NCBI GenBank assembly: GCA_016783505.1
Contig: JADHWK010000012.1
Coordinates: 1 to 58,284 of the forward strand
Source of the DNA: Candidatus Zhuqueibacterota bacterium
Lineage (GTDB): Bacteria; BS750m-G25
DNA length: 58,284 nt
Direction: 5' to 3'
Below the pieces are notes generated by a model. The model was not told the DNA's origin. It worked only from the letters and a program-made list of their open reading frames with translations, and searched no databases. Below, in pieces: positions 18,218 to 29,544 of this stretch. Made by a program: the position numbers and the translations under genes. Within the stretch, counting starts at the first letter, position 1; each line of letters begins with the position of its first letter.

Positions 18218-19744
18218 ATGAAGCCGATTAATATTAAAAGGTTTTGGTTGCCCATCCTCTTTTCCGTTTTGGTTCTCAGCCTGGCGGGCAATATCTGGTT
18301 GTTCTGGGGTAAAGGCTCAAGAACCCAGACTGAAGATAGGGAAATGACCCTTTCCGCTTCCCATCAGCATGAAGAAAGTGGAAAGCAACTGTATTCCTGC
18401 GGCATGCACCCCCAGGTTATTATGGACAAACCGGGCAACTGCCCCATCTGCGGGATGAAATTGACCCCGATCAAGGGAACGGGGGGGGAGGGGTCAAGGG
18501 CGACTAAGGAGAGGAAGATCAAATACTGGGTAGCCCCTATGGACCCCACCTATATCTCGGACAGACCGGGGAAATCCCCAATGGGGATGGACCTGGTTCC
18601 CGTCTATGAGGGCGAGGCGGAAGAATCAGGATCAATTATTCGTATAGATCCGGTTATAGTGCAGAACATGGGGGTGAAGACCCAGCGAGTCAAACGGATG
18701 GATCTGCGACGGAAGATTCGCACCGTGGGCCGGGTGGATTATGACGAGAAAAAGCTATATCGGATCAACACCAAGATCAGCGGCTGGCTCGAGAAGTTAT
18801 ACGTGAACTACACCGGTCAGGTGGTGAAAAAGGGAGAACCCCTGCTGGAGATTTACAGCCCCGAGCTGGTCACTACCCAGGAGGAGTTTTTGCTGGCGCT
18901 GAGGAACCGGGAACTATTAGGACCCAGTTCCTTCAAAGAGATCAGCCAAGGGGCTCAGGAGTTGCTGGAGTCCACCCGGCGGCGGCTAAAATATTGGGAC
19001 ATCCCCGATGAACAGATAAAACAGCTCGAGGAAGGGGGAAAGATCAGCAAGACCATGACCCTGGTAGCCCCGGTTACCGGTGTGGTGGTGCATAAGAACG
19101 CCGAAGAGGGGCTGCACGTCATGCCGGGAATGGACCTCTACCGCATCGCCGACCTTTCTACGGTCTGGGTATATGTGGACATTTACGAATACGAACTGCC
19201 CTGGGTCAAGGTGGGTCAACGGGTGGAAATGGAGCTTTCCTACACCCCAGGAAAGGTCTACCGGGGAAATGTTATTTACATCTATCCTTATCTGGACCCA
19301 AAGACGAGAACAGCCAAGGTCCGGCTTGAATTCGCCAACCCGGGGATGCGTCTAAAACCGGATATGTACGCCAATATCAAGATTCAACCGGTGGCTGCCA
19401 GGGATGTGGCGGTCGTTCCCGAAGAAGCGGTCATTCATTCCGGGGAGCGGACCCTCGTTTTCTTGGCAAAGGGGGAAGGCCGGTTCGAATCCCGGGATGT
19501 CACCCTGGGGCTGGAGGGGGAGGGGGGATATTATGAAGTGCTTGAAGGGCTGGAAGAAGGGGATGTGATTGTCACCTCAGCCCAGTTCTTACTGGATTCG
19601 GAGAGCAAACTCCAGGAAGCCATTCAGAAAATGCTGGCGGCTAAAGGGGGACACGGACAACAAGGGCACGAAACCATGAAGATGGAGGAGAGCCCGCCCC
19701 CAACAGGGTCTGTTAAACCCCCGGAATTGGTGCGTGAACAATAA
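18218..19744 (+). CDS. cusB: Heavy-metal RND periplasmic adaptor (CusB-like)
   Basis: YSCGMHP..CPICGM and YWVAPMDP..SPMGMDL metal-binding domains; YSPEL, IADLSTVWV, SAQFLLDSES. Confidence 0.9.
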   Translation: MKPINIKRFWLPILFSVLVLSLAGNIWLFWGKGSRTQTEDREMTLSASHQHEESGKQLYSCGMHPQVIMDKPGNCPICGMKLTPIKGTGGEGSRATKERKIKYWVAPMDPTYISDRPGKSPMGMDLVPVYEGEAEESGSIIRIDPVIVQNMGVKTQRVKRMDLRRKIRTVGRVDYDEKKLYRINTKISGWLEKLYVNYTGQVVKKGEPLLEIYSPELVTTQEEFLLALRNRELLGPSSFKEISQGAQELLESTRRRLKYWDIPDEQIKQLEEGGKISKTMTLVAPVTGVVVHKNAEEGLHVMPGMDLYRIADLSTVWVYVDIYEYELPWVKVGQRVEMELSYTPGKVYRGNVIYIYPYLDPKTRTAKVRLEFANPGMRLKPDMYANIKIQPVAARDVAVVPEEAVIHSGERTLVFLAKGEGRFESRDVTLGLEGEGGYYEVLEGLEEGDVIVTSAQFLLDSESKLQEAIQKMLAAKGGHGQQGHETMKMEESPPPTGSVKPPELVREQ

Positions 19745-19873
19745 GGGTAGGAAAAATTTGTAAAGGTTTATAAAACCGCTTTATAAAATGTAATCTTAAC
19801 CAGAACCTTATCTTCAGATAGGTTAAGCGTAGCAAAGATTCCCTTCAGCGGACGTTCAGTTGGGAGAATAAAA

Positions 19874-22800
19874 ATGCTGGAAAAAATAATTGAAGCTTCG
19901 GTCAGGAATAAATTTCTGGTTATCCTGTTTACGATAATCGTTGTCATTCTGGGGTTGGTTAGCATGTTTCGCACCCCGGTGGATGCCATCCCCGACCTCT
20001 CCGACGTTCAGGTTATCATATTCACCGAATATCCGGGACAGGCCCCCCAAGTGGTGGAGGATCAGGTGACCTACCCACTGACCACGGCTATGCTGGCAGT
20101 GCCTTATGCTAAAGTAGTGCGGGGCTATTCCTTTTTTGGATTTTCTATGGTGTATATCATCTTTGAAGACGGCACTGATCTTTACTGGGCACGGAGCCGG
20201 GTGCTGGAATACCTGAATTACGTATCCGGCCGTTTGCCCAGAGGGGTAACCCCATCCCTGGGCCCCGACGCCACCGGGGTGGGCTGGGTGTACGAATACG
20301 TGCTGGACGGGGGGGACAAATATGACTTGCAGGAACTCCGCTCCATCCAGGACTGGTACCTGCGGTATGAATTGACTTCAGTCCCCGGGGTGGCCGAGGT
20401 GGCCTCCATCGGGGGATACGTGAAACAATATCAGGTAGTGGTGGACCCCAACAAACTGGTGGCCTATAACATTCCCCTGAGTAAGATCAAGATGGCCATT
20501 CAACGGAGCAATAACGATGTGGGGGGAAGGCTGCTGGAGATGGGGGAGACGGAATTTATGGTGCGGGGGCTAGGCTACATCAAGTCGCCGGAGGATGTGA
20601 AGAACATTCCCGTTGGTGTGAGCAAGGAGGGGACCCCCATCCTCATAAAGCACATAGCCCACGTGCAGATTGGCCCCGAGCTGCGGCGGGGGATCGCCGA
20701 CTGGAACGGTGAAGGGGAAGTCGTCGGGGGGATTATTGTAATGCGCTGGGGGGAGAACGCCCTGGAGGTGATAAAAAACGTGAAAAAGAAGTTAGAGGAC
20801 CTGAAATCGGGTCTTCCCGAAGGGGTAAAGATCAAGACCGCCTACGACCGGTCGGGGTTGATCCGGCGGGCTATTGAAAATCTCAGCTATAAGTTGCTAG
20901 AAGAGCTGGCGGTGGTAGCCCTGGTGTGTATCTTCTTCTTGCTCCATCTCCGCAGCGCCTTTGTGGCCATCTTCACCCTGCCGGTGGGCATTTTGATCTC
21001 TTTCATTGTCATGTACTACATGGGGATTAATGCAAATATTATGTCGTTGGGTGGTATCGCCATTGCCATCGGGGTCATGGTGGATGCGTCCGTGGTGATG
21101 GTGGAAAATGCCCATAAACACATCGAAAGGCAAAAGCTGAATCCGAAGGGTGAAATTTCCGACTTGGAACACGAGCAGATTATTCTGCAAGCAGCAAAGG
21201 AAGTGGGGCCGGCGTTATTCTATTCATTGGTGATTATTACGGTTTCTTTTCTACCAGTATTTAGCCTTCAGGCCCAGGAAGGGCGATTATTCAGTCCCTT
21301 GGCCTATACCAAGACCTTTGCCATGGCCGCCTCATCAATTCTGGCGATCACTATTATACCGGTGTTAATGGTTTTTTTCATACGGGGAAAAATTAGGCCG
21401 GAGGGAAAAAACCCCTTAAGCAGATTTTTCATTTTCCTTTATAGGCCCTTTATTAACCTAGTTCTTCGCTTTCCCAAAATAACGGTTATGTTGGCTTTGG
21501 TAATATTAATAGTCACCGTTTTTCCCTTTATGCAATTGGGATCGGAGTTTATGCCCCCCCTCAATGAAGGGGATCTGCTGTATATGCCCACTACCGATCC
21601 CGGGATTTCCATCACCAAGGCCAAAGAACTGCTACAGCAGACGGACAGGATCATCCAATCGTTCCCTGAAGTGCACCACACCTTTGGCAAGATCGGCCGC
21701 GCCGAGACGGCCACCGATCCGGCCCCGTTGTCCATGATCGAAACCACCATCATGCTGAAGCCCGAGGAAGAATGGCGGCCGGGGATGACCATAGAAAAGC
21801 TTACCGAGGAGCTGAATAATGCCATTCAGTTTCCGGGATTGACTAACGCCTGGACCATGCCCATCAAGACCCGGATTGACATGCTGTCCACGGGCATCAA
21901 AACCCCGGTGGGGATTAAACTGATGGGTCCCGATTTGGAAGTATTAGCGGATCTGGCCGAACAGATTGCCAGCGTTATGCGTCCCCTGCCGGGAACCCTG
22001 AGTGCCTTTCCCGAAAAGACGGTGGGCGGGAATTATTTTGATTATGTGATCAATCGGGAGGAAGCAGCCCGCTACGGTCTCACCGTCCAGGACATCCAGG
22101 ATGTCATCATGTCAGCAGTAGGGGGGATGAATGTCACCTACACCGTTGAAGGGCTGGAGCGGTATCCCGTCAACATCCGTTACAGCCGGGAACTGCGGGA
22201 TAACCTTTATGATTTAAAGAGGATTTTGATACCCACCCCTACCGGAGCCCAGATTCCCATCGGTCAGGTGACGGATATTCGGATCAGCAAGGGACCCCCA
22301 ATGATCAAATCTGAGAATGCCCGCCGCACCGCCTGGATCTACGTGGACCTTACCACCAGGGATGTGGGGGGATACGTCAAAGGGGCCAAGCAGGTGGTCA
22401 GCGAGAAAATAAAATTCCCCCCGGGCTATTCCATCGTCTGGTCGGGACAGTATGAGTATATGGAGCGAGCAGCGAAGCGATTAAGATTGGTTGTTCCTAT
22501 AACCATCGTGATCATTTTCCTTTTGCTATTCTTCCACTTTAAGAATTTGACTGAAAGCACGATCGTAATGGTTTCTCTTCCATTTTCCCTGGTTGGAGGG
22601 GTATGGCTAATGTATATCAATCATTTTAACATGAGTGTAGCGGTAGCGGTGGGCTTCATTGCTTTGGCCGGTTTGGCCGCTGAAACCAGTGTGGTTATGC
22701 TAATATATTTGGACGAAGCATTCGGACGATTTAAGAATGAGGGACGCATGAAAACCTGGGCAGATCTCAAAAGGGCCATCGTTGCAGGGGCGCTTATGAG

Positions 22801-23011
22801 GGTGCGGCCAGTGTTGATGACGGTGGGCACAACCCTGATGGCTCTTTTGCCAATCATGTTCGGTACTGCCACCGGTTCCCAGGTGATGAAGCGTATTGCT
22901 ACTCCCATGGTTGGCGGATTAATTAGTGCCACTATCTTAACCCTGGTCATAACCCCAGCAATTTATGCTTTATGGAAGAGAATAGGATTGCGAAAAATAT
23001 TTGGAGATTAA
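19874..23011 (+). CDS. cusA: CusA/SilA-type heavy-metal RND permease
   Basis: [55 protein letters not shown]. Confidence 0.95.
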   Translation: MLEKIIEASVRNKFLVILFTIIVVILGLVSMFRTPVDAIPDLSDVQVIIFTEYPGQAPQVVEDQVTYPLTTAMLAVPYAKVVRGYSFFGFSMVYIIFEDGTDLYWARSRVLEYLNYVSGRLPRGVTPSLGPDATGVGWVYEYVLDGGDKYDLQELRSIQDWYLRYELTSVPGVAEVASIGGYVKQYQVVVDPNKLVAYNIPLSKIKMAIQRSNNDVGGRLLEMGETEFMVRGLGYIKSPEDVKNIPVGVSKEGTPILIKHIAHVQIGPELRRGIADWNGEGEVVGGIIVMRWGENALEVIKNVKKKLEDLKSGLPEGVKIKTAYDRSGLIRRAIENLSYKLLEELAVVALVCIFFLLHLRSAFVAIFTLPVGILISFIVMYYMGINANIMSLGGIAIAIGVMVDASVVMVENAHKHIERQKLNPKGEISDLEHEQIILQAAKEVGPALFYSLVIITVSFLPVFSLQAQEGRLFSPLAYTKTFAMAASSILAITIIPVLMVFFIRGKIRPEGKNPLSRFFIFLYRPFINLVLRFPKITVMLALVILIVTVFPFMQLGSEFMPPLNEGDLLYMPTTDPGISITKAKELLQQTDRIIQSFPEVHHTFGKIGRAETATDPAPLSMIETTIMLKPEEEWRPGMTIEKLTEELNNAIQFPGLTNAWTMPIKTRIDMLSTGIKTPVGIKLMGPDLEVLADLAEQIASVMRPLPGTLSAFPEKTVGGNYFDYVINREEAARYGLTVQDIQDVIMSAVGGMNVTYTVEGLERYPVNIRYSRELRDNLYDLKRILIPTPTGAQIPIGQVTDIRISKGPPMIKSENARRTAWIYVDLTTRDVGGYVKGAKQVVSEKIKFPPGYSIVWSGQYEYMERAAKRLRLVVPITIVIIFLLLFFHFKNLTESTIVMVSLPFSLVGGVWLMYINHFNMSVAVAVGFIALAGLAAETSVVMLIYLDEAFGRFKNEGRMKTWADLKRAIVAGALMRVRPVLMTVGTTLMALLPIMFGTATGSQVMKRIATPMVGGLISATILTLVITPAIYALWKRIGLRKIFGD

Positions 23012-23045
23012 AATGCGCTGTCCATAATAAAAATTGGAGGATATT

Positions 23046-23390
23046 ATGAAGACCTTAAAGAAGCGGACCATCTTAGTTAGGGGTTTGACCTGTGGGGATT
23101 GTGAAATTAAATTAGAGAGCGCACTTGGTGCTTTTAGGGGGGTCAAAGCGGTGGAGGTCAATCCCCAAAGGGGGGAGGTATGGGTGGAACACGACCTCGG
23201 TCTGGTTACCCTTTCTGAAATCGAGAAGGAAATTTCAAATCAGGGGTTTGAACTGGGTGTTGGAATGTTTGACCGGATAAGAAGGGGATGGGTTCACTTT
23301 ACAGAGGAAAACGAGAAGGGAAATCTGGAAACCGTGCCCACCAGTTGCTGTTCCAACCCCAAGGATATTTTGGAAAAAGCGGGCAAGTGA
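23046..23390 (+). CDS. HMA-domain (CopZ-like) metal chaperone with C-terminal SCC tail
   Basis: GLTCGDC motif; GGAGG SD before ATG 23046. Confidence 0.8.
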   Translation: MKTLKKRTILVRGLTCGDCEIKLESALGAFRGVKAVEVNPQRGEVWVEHDLGLVTLSEIEKEISNQGFELGVGMFDRIRRGWVHFTEENEKGNLETVPTSCCSNPKDILEKAGK

Positions 23391-23399
23391 GGGGATACC

Positions 23400-24122
23400 A
23401 TGGTAACGAACATATCGTTGATGCGGGTTCTGGCGATTATGGGGTTTACCCTTTTAGTTTTAGCCCCCTCCCTGAATGCTCAGGTGGAGAGGGTCATACC
23501 GGGGGACACCACCGCTGTTGATCCGGTGTGTGGGACGGTGGTGGAAAAAGCCCGGGCGGCGGGGATTACCGAGGTGGAGGGAGTCCGTTATTATTTCTGC
23601 TCCAAGACTGATCAATTAAAATTTGCTGAAAATCCCCTGAAATATATCAAACAGCTGATAACCCATCGCCCCATGATCAAAGGGGGCCCGGGGCGGGTTA
23701 AGGATTGTGGAGGGGGAGATTTTAAGCCGCAGAAAACCCCCTCCGCTCATCCCCTAACTTTAGATAAAAAAACTGGAGGACAAATGAAGATCAAAATCAA
23801 GTCCATTGAATTGCAATACTTTTCCGATTGCCCGAACTGGAAAAGGGCCCTTTCGGGCTTGAAAAAGGTGCTAAAGGGGCTGGGGATAGGGACCCCCATT
23901 CAGGTGACCCTGATCAAAGATGAGGCCGAGGCGGTGGCAAGAATTTTTTTGGGATCGCCCACCATTAAAATTGACGGGCAGGATATTGAAAGGGTGGGGG
24001 GGGAGCCCTTCTTTAGCTGTCGTATCTACCGATTCGAAGGAAAAAATTATGGCTATCTCCCACCCAAAATGATCCGGGAGTTTCTGCTTCACTTAAATAA
24101 TCGCAAGATCCAAAAAGCATAA
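23400..24122 (+). CDS. Secreted YHS-domain protein fused in frame to a thioredoxin-like (DUF2703-like) domain
   Basis: DPVCG..YYFCS..F..NP; C-terminal YFSDCPNW..GSPTIKIDG..SCRIY; internal SD and ATG at 23784. Confidence 0.7.
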   Translation: MVTNISLMRVLAIMGFTLLVLAPSLNAQVERVIPGDTTAVDPVCGTVVEKARAAGITEVEGVRYYFCSKTDQLKFAENPLKYIKQLITHRPMIKGGPGRVKDCGGGDFKPQKTPSAHPLTLDKKTGGQMKIKIKSIELQYFSDCPNWKRALSGLKKVLKGLGIGTPIQVTLIKDEAEAVARIFLGSPTIKIDGQDIERVGGEPFFSCRIYRFEGKNYGYLPPKMIREFLLHLNNRKIQKA

Positions 24123-24147
24123 GCAGCAAATTAGAAAGGAGAGAATC

Positions 24148-24372
24148 ATGCATTGGTTGGGTTGGGGGGGCGGTTGGTTTATGATTGCGATTTGGTGGGC
24201 GCTCATTATCGTTGGCATATTTTTCTTGGTCAAATGGGTCAATACCCAGAGATCACAGTCAACAAAAGCGGACTCTGCTTTGGAGATTCTCAAAAAGCGG
24301 TATGCGCGGGGAGAAATTACCCAAGAAGAGTTCGAACAAATAAAAAAGGATATAAATGACTTGGAGGGATGA
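24148..24372 (+). CDS. SHOCT-domain membrane protein
   Basis: One TM helix then SALEILKKRYARGEITQEEFE. Confidence 0.88.
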   Translation: MHWLGWGGGWFMIAIWWALIIVGIFFLVKWVNTQRSQSTKADSALEILKKRYARGEITQEEFEQIKKDINDLEG

Positions 24373-24944
24373 TGTTAGATATTACTTTACTCCATCCTAA
24401 AGTGGTGCACTTTACCATTGCCCTGTTTGCGATGGCGGTATTACTCGATCTTTTAGGGTTGATAATTAAAAACGAAAGGTTCCAAGGTGTGGCCTGGATC
24501 AATTTAATCTTTGCCGATGCGGCTGGGGTGGTGACTGTGATTACCGGTTTACTGGCGGCAAGCAATGTCCCCCACGCCGAATCCGCCCACCAGATCATGG
24601 AAATCCATCAAACCCTGGGATACATCGTGCTCGGGAGCATTGTCCTGTTGCTTATCTGGCATATCTTGTTAAAAGGTAAATTTCCCGTAAAAGCGGCTTT
24701 TCTTTATATTATCATTGGATTAGTAGGGGTTGGTGTTATGTTCGCCGGTGCCTATTATGGCGGAGAGATGGTCTATACCCACGGCGTGGCAGTAAAAGCC
24801 CTACGGGTTAGCGAAGAGGAAGCAGGACATCATCATGCCGAAGACAGAGAAGCCCATATAACCCGAGAAACGGAAAAAGTCGAGCATTATCACCAAGGCG
24901 ATCATGATCATCGGCATATTCAAGGCGAAGAAATGAATGAATAA
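24369..24944 (+). CDS. DUF2231-like membrane protein with His-rich C-terminus
   Basis: HPKVVHFTIAL, TGLLA, GGEMVYTHG, His-rich tail. Confidence 0.8.
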   Translation: MMLDITLLHPKVVHFTIALFAMAVLLDLLGLIIKNERFQGVAWINLIFADAAGVVTVITGLLAASNVPHAESAHQIMEIHQTLGYIVLGSIVLLLIWHILLKGKFPVKAAFLYIIIGLVGVGVMFAGAYYGGEMVYTHGVAVKALRVSEEEAGHHHAEDREAHITRETEKVEHYHQGDHDHRHIQGEEMNE

Positions 24945-25025
24945 AAAGGTCGAAATAATCGATCTGGTAGATTTGATTCTCATGTCCCAAGATCGTTTCC
25001 CAAGACCCTTCGGGCCGAAAATTTC

Positions 25026-25054
25026 TTGCATAATTCCCTACTTTTGGCTATATT
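25026..25054 (+). promoter_or_regulatory. Sigma-70 promoter
   Basis: TTGCAT-N17-TATATT before DUF302 gene. Confidence 0.55.
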
Positions 25055-25083
25055 AACGCTGAAAAATAAAAGGAGGTTGTAAA

Positions 25084-25479
25084 ATGGAGAAGACCGGCTA
25101 CGGAATACGGAAGGAATTGACGTTGCCCTATGAAGAGGTTGTCGCAAAGGTGAGGAAGGCATTGGCCGAGGAGGGTTTCGGGGTGCTGACCGAAATTGAT
25201 GTAAAGGAGACGCTGAGAAAGAAGCTGGATGTGGATTTCCGGAGGTACATTATCCTGGGGGCTTGTAATCCGCCGTTTGCCTACCAATCCCTTCAGGCCG
25301 AGCGGGACATTGGTCTCCTTTTACCATGTAACGTCATCGTTTATGAAGATGACAAAGGCCAGGCGGTAGTGGCCGCCATCGATCCGGAAGCGGCTATGGG
25401 GATGATAGACAATCCACAACTGACGGCCATTGCCTCCCAGATTAGGGAGAAATTGGAACGGGTTATCGAAAAGGTTTAA
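25084..25479 (+). CDS. DUF302 domain protein
   Basis: GFGVLTEIDV, YIILGACNP, IGLLLPCNVIV. Confidence 0.92.
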   Translation: MEKTGYGIRKELTLPYEEVVAKVRKALAEEGFGVLTEIDVKETLRKKLDVDFRRYIILGACNPPFAYQSLQAERDIGLLLPCNVIVYEDDKGQAVVAAIDPEAAMGMIDNPQLTAIASQIREKLERVIEKV

Positions 25480-25544
25480 TCAAACATCAGGCTAAATGGT
25501 CAGAAAGTGGTTAGAAAGGTGTAAAGTCTAAAAGGGAGGGCAAA

Positions 25545-25841
25545 ATGAGAAAATGGATGATTTTCTTGGTAGGTTTGTTGATGCTGGGGGTCACTCTGGG
25601 ATGTACCAAGAAAAAAGTAGAGGAAAAGCCGGCCACCAAAGAGGAGGCGGTGGCGGCTATGGTGACCGACCCTGTCTGTGGTATGAAAATCGAGGCGGAA
25701 AAGGCGTTCAAGACGGTTGAATACCAAGGTCATAAATATTACTTATGCTCCGAGGATTGTGCCACTATGTTTGAAGAGGACCCTGGGAAATACGCGGCTA
25801 AAGGAGAAGTCCCGATGCCGGAAGGAATGCATCAAATGTAA
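25545..25841 (+). CDS. YHS-domain lipoprotein
   Basis: Lipobox TLGC, DPVCGM, YYLCSEDC..F..DPGKY. Confidence 0.85.
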   Translation: MRKWMIFLVGLLMLGVTLGCTKKKVEEKPATKEEAVAAMVTDPVCGMKIEAEKAFKTVEYQGHKYYLCSEDCATMFEEDPGKYAAKGEVPMPEGMHQM

Positions 25842-25940
25842 CTCATTTCTCCCAGGGGAAAAATCAGGGGATATCTTTATTGGGTTCACAAAAAGTGTAA
25901 CAGCTCAGCGGGTACTCATCTAAATGTAAAGGGGTAAACG

Positions 25941-28580
25941 ATGCCCATTGATCCCATATGCGGCATGGAAGTGACCGCGGGTGAGGCCGTCGGTCGCTCC
26001 ACCTTTCGGGGTGAGGATTACTTCTTTTGTTCCGCATCCTGTAAAGAGAAATTTGACCGTAACCACGAGGATTACGTCACTCCCAGGGGTCATGTTGTGG
26101 CTGAGAGCACAGCAGAACCTACATCCCAGGTTGTAGGGAAGAAATCTCAAAGGATAGATCTGCCCATCAGCGGTATGTCCTTTGCTTCCTGTGCCCTGAC
26201 CATCCAGAGGGGAATAGGGAGTCTGGAGGGAGTGCAGAAGGTCAGCGTGAACTTCGCCAGCTCCCAGGCCACCGTCCACTACGACCCGGGACACGTTTCT
26301 AATTTAGATATGATTAAGAAAGTGAAGGAAGTGGGCTATGGGGTGGGAGCCGCCAAGGCCCGATTTAAGATTGGGGATATGCACTGTGCCTCCTGTGTGC
26401 ATAAGATCGAAAAGGCCTTAAAAGGCCTGCCTGGGGTGCTAAAAGCGGGTGTAAATCTGGCCGCCGAGGAGGCCCAGGTGGAGTACTTTCCTTCCCAGGT
26501 CACCCTGGCGGATATGAAGAGAGCGGTTCAGTCCACTGGTTATACTTTTCGGGAGATCGAAGGGGCGGCGGAAGAGGATATTGAAAAACAGCAACGAGGA
26601 CGGGAATATCTCCTGCTGAAGAGGAAATTAATTGCTGCCTTTATCCTGGCGGTCCTTATTTTCATCGGCTCCATGGGGCATTGGGTTCCTGGCCTGAAGG
26701 AGATTCCCCGCTCCTGGACACATATCATCCTCTTTCTGCTGACGACCCCGGTTCTGTTCTGGTGTGGGGGTCAATTCTTAAGGGGGGCCTGGGCTTCTTT
26801 CCGCCACCGGTCGGCGGACATGAACACCCTGATCGCGGTGGGAACCTCATCGGCCTATCTCTATAGCGGGGTGGTCACCTTTTTACCGGGCGTAGTGGCG
26901 GGTGCCGGTCAAAGCCCGGCGGTCTACTTTGATACCACCGCCTTCATCATCGCCTTAATCCTTCTGGGTCGCACGCTGGAATCCCGGGCCAAGGGACGAA
27001 CCTCCGATGCCATTCGCAAACTGATGGGGCTTAGGGCCAAGACGGCCCGGGTGATCCGGAACGGTCAGGAAATGGATATTCCGGTGGAAGAGGTACTGGT
27101 GGATGAAGTGGTAGTGGTGAGACCTGGGGAGAAGATCCCCGTTGATGGAGTGGTTACCGATGGGAGGTCCACTGTGGACGAATCCATGGTCACCGGGGAG
27201 AGCCTTCCGGCCGAGAAGCACCCAGGGGATGGGGTCATCGGGGCCACCATTAATAAGACGGGTAGTTTTAAATTCAGGGCCACCAAGGTGGGCAAGGACA
27301 CCCTTTTAGCCCAGATCGTGCGGCTGGTGCGGGAGGCTCAGGGTTCCAAAGCCCCCATTCAGCGGTTGGCCGATGTAATCTCTGGATATTTCGTGCCGGT
27401 AGTTATGGCAATTGCCATTGCCACCTTCATGATCTGGTTTGACCTGGGACCCCAGCCGGCCTTCACCCGAGCCTTGATCAACTTCGTAGCGGTGCTGATT
27501 ATTGCCTGTCCCTGTGCTCTGGGACTGGCCACCCCTACGGCCATCATGGTGGGCACCGGTCGGGGGGCGGAGAACGGAATTCTCATTAAAGGGGGGGAGA
27601 GCCTGGAAACGGCCCACAAGTTGACTACCATAGTTTTTGATAAGACGGGAACCCTGACCAAAGGGGAACCCGAGGTTACCGATGTCCTCCCCTTAAACGG
27701 ATTCTCCGGGGATGAGCTTCTCAAGTTTGCCGCATCCGCCGAGTCCGCCTCGGAACATCCCCTGGGGGAGGCGCTGGTCCGCCGGGCCCGGGAAAAGGGG
27801 ATCGAACTTTTGGAGCCAAAAGATTTTCAGGCCCTGGCCGGCCACGGCATCGAGGCCACCCTGAACGGGCGGAAAATCCTGGTGGGAAACGCCAGGCTGC
27901 TACGGGGTAATGGGGTTGACATAAAGGACCTTGAGGGTTATTTTGCGACCCTGTCGTCCCAGGGGAAGACCCCGATGTTTCTGGCCGTGGACGGGGTGTC
28001 CGCCGGGGTACTGGCGGTGGCTGATACCCTGAAGCCTGGATCCAAGGGGGTCGTGGAGCAGCTGCACCGGATGGGACTTGAGGTGCTCATGATCAGCGGG
28101 GACAACCGCCGCACCGCCGAGGCCATCGGAAAACAGATCGGGATTGGCCTGGTGCTGGCTGAGGTGCTTCCTGAAGATAAGGCCTCAGAGGTGAGTAAAC
28201 TTCAAGGGGAAGGGAAGGTGGTGGCCATGGTGGGGGATGGCATCAACGATGCTCCCGCCCTCGCTCAGGCCGACGTGGGGGTGGCCATCGGAACGGGGAC
28301 CGATGTGGCTATGGAAGCCTCGGACATTACCCTCATCAAGGGTGATCTTAGGGGGGTGGTGACCGCCATCCAGCTATCCAAACGAACAATGCAGATCATT
28401 AGACAAAACCTATTCTGGGCCTTCGCCTACAACACTGCCGGTATCCCCATTGCTGCCGGGATTCTCTATCCTTTCTTCAGCATTCTGCTTAGCCCGGTCA
28501 TCGCCTCGGCGGCCATGGCGGCATCATCGGTCTCAGTGGTTACCAACAGCCTCAGATTGAGGAGATTTAAGCCATTATGA
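25941..28580 (+). CDS. copA: Cu(I)-translocating P1B-type ATPase with N-terminal YHS and two HMA domains
   Basis: [34 protein letters not shown] and MAASS signatures. Confidence 0.95.
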   Translation: MPIDPICGMEVTAGEAVGRSTFRGEDYFFCSASCKEKFDRNHEDYVTPRGHVVAESTAEPTSQVVGKKSQRIDLPISGMSFASCALTIQRGIGSLEGVQKVSVNFASSQATVHYDPGHVSNLDMIKKVKEVGYGVGAAKARFKIGDMHCASCVHKIEKALKGLPGVLKAGVNLAAEEAQVEYFPSQVTLADMKRAVQSTGYTFREIEGAAEEDIEKQQRGREYLLLKRKLIAAFILAVLIFIGSMGHWVPGLKEIPRSWTHIILFLLTTPVLFWCGGQFLRGAWASFRHRSADMNTLIAVGTSSAYLYSGVVTFLPGVVAGAGQSPAVYFDTTAFIIALILLGRTLESRAKGRTSDAIRKLMGLRAKTARVIRNGQEMDIPVEEVLVDEVVVVRPGEKIPVDGVVTDGRSTVDESMVTGESLPAEKHPGDGVIGATINKTGSFKFRATKVGKDTLLAQIVRLVREAQGSKAPIQRLADVISGYFVPVVMAIAIATFMIWFDLGPQPAFTRALINFVAVLIIACPCALGLATPTAIMVGTGRGAENGILIKGGESLETAHKLTTIVFDKTGTLTKGEPEVTDVLPLNGFSGDELLKFAASAESASEHPLGEALVRRAREKGIELLEPKDFQALAGHGIEATLNGRKILVGNARLLRGNGVDIKDLEGYFATLSSQGKTPMFLAVDGVSAGVLAVADTLKPGSKGVVEQLHRMGLEVLMISGDNRRTAEAIGKQIGIGLVLAEVLPEDKASEVSKLQGEGKVVAMVGDGINDAPALAQADVGVAIGTGTDVAMEASDITLIKGDLRGVVTAIQLSKRTMQIIRQNLFWAFAYNTAGIPIAAGILYPFFSILLSPVIASAAMAASSVSVVTNSLRLRRFKPL

Positions 28581-28954
28581 ACCTAATGCAAGTACTTGTA
28601 ACCCTGGGTGGTGTCCTGACAATTGGGTGGGTGATCTGGTTTTTTCTGTTGGCAAAAGGGGAATCAGCCCGGGCCCAGGCGGATACTTCAGGAATTCAAG
28701 AAGTGAGGGTGAGCGTCAAGGGGGGATATTCCCCGGACATCCTGGTGGTACAGAGGGGTAAACCGGTAAGGATTCATTTTTACCGCGACGAGACGGCGGA
28801 GTGTTCTGAGCGGGTGATCTTCAGCGATTTTGGGATTAATCAATTTCTGCCCGCTTATCAAACCACAATGGTGGATTTTACCCCGGACCGCCAGGGGGAG
28901 TTCGACTTCCACTGCGGTATGAACATGCTCCGGGGAAAATTAATAGTGGAGTAG
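28577..28954 (+). CDS. Membrane-anchored cupredoxin-domain protein (CupA-like)
   Basis: N-terminal [19 protein letters not shown]. Confidence 0.88.
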   Translation: MNLMQVLVTLGGVLTIGWVIWFFLLAKGESARAQADTSGIQEVRVSVKGGYSPDILVVQRGKPVRIHFYRDETAECSERVIFSDFGINQFLPAYQTTMVDFTPDRQGEFDFHCGMNMLRGKLIVE

Positions 28955-28961
28955 ACATATT

Positions 28962-29414
28962 ATGGAAGAAGAGATCGGAACAATCGTTGAGGTGAAAGGG
29001 AATCAGGCGGCGGTGGAGATGGAGAAGGGGGGATATTGTAATCATTGCGCCGCAAAGACCGCCTGCCAACCCATGGGGGAAACCCGGCGTCGAGTTATGG
29101 TGACCAATACCCCAGGAGCCCAGGTTGGTGATCGGGTGGCCTTAAGCTACCAGGCCAAATCCAGGCTTATGGCAGCCTCAATAGTTTTTTTATTACCTAT
29201 CATCTGTTTGTTTCTGGGATATTTTCTGGGAAATTCCTTGTTTCAGGGCGAGGGCGTAAAAGTAATCAGTGCCCTGGTCGGTCTGGCGGTCGGGTTTTTG
29301 ATCCTAAAGGTTTTGAATACCCTGATGGCGGGCAGATCCGACCTGGCTCCCCAGATCATTCGGGTTGAACAGAGAGGACGCAGAATTCCTCAGAGGACGC
29401 AGAGAAAAGATTGA
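28962..29414 (+). CDS. rseC: RseC/MucC family membrane protein
   Basis: CNHCAAKTAC, GAQVGDRV, two TM helices with FLLP. Confidence 0.85.
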   Translation: MEEEIGTIVEVKGNQAAVEMEKGGYCNHCAAKTACQPMGETRRRVMVTNTPGAQVGDRVALSYQAKSRLMAASIVFLLPIICLFLGYFLGNSLFQGEGVKVISALVGLAVGFLILKVLNTLMAGRSDLAPQIIRVEQRGRRIPQRTQRKD

Positions 29415-29544
29415 ATGAATTCCGAGTTCTTTGGGGAGGTTCTGAGCTTCTGTGTCCCATTTTTTGAACGATCAGACCAACAAAAGCAATTTCTTCAAAG
29501 AACAGATTGAAAAGAATATCAAGGTTTAAATTAAGGATTGAGGG

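Noticed and set aside
19705-19873. Possible IS end near the cusB 3' end and gap before cusA
   Set aside because: No matching second inverted repeat, target duplication or transposase fragment
21100-23011. AT-rich patches within cusA suggesting mosaicism
   Set aside because: Patches largely coincide with transmembrane segments; cannot separate from amino-acid bias without a codon-position analysis
24937-25056. Short ORF MNKKVEIIDLV overlapping the DUF2231 stop
   Set aside because: No recognisable motif and it overlaps a good promoter; at most a gene stub
29370-29460. CAGAGGACGCAGA direct repeats at the rseC 3' end as a CRISPR-like array
   Set aside because: Only two short units without spacers; simple intergenic repeat. 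No CRISPR array or cas gene in the window
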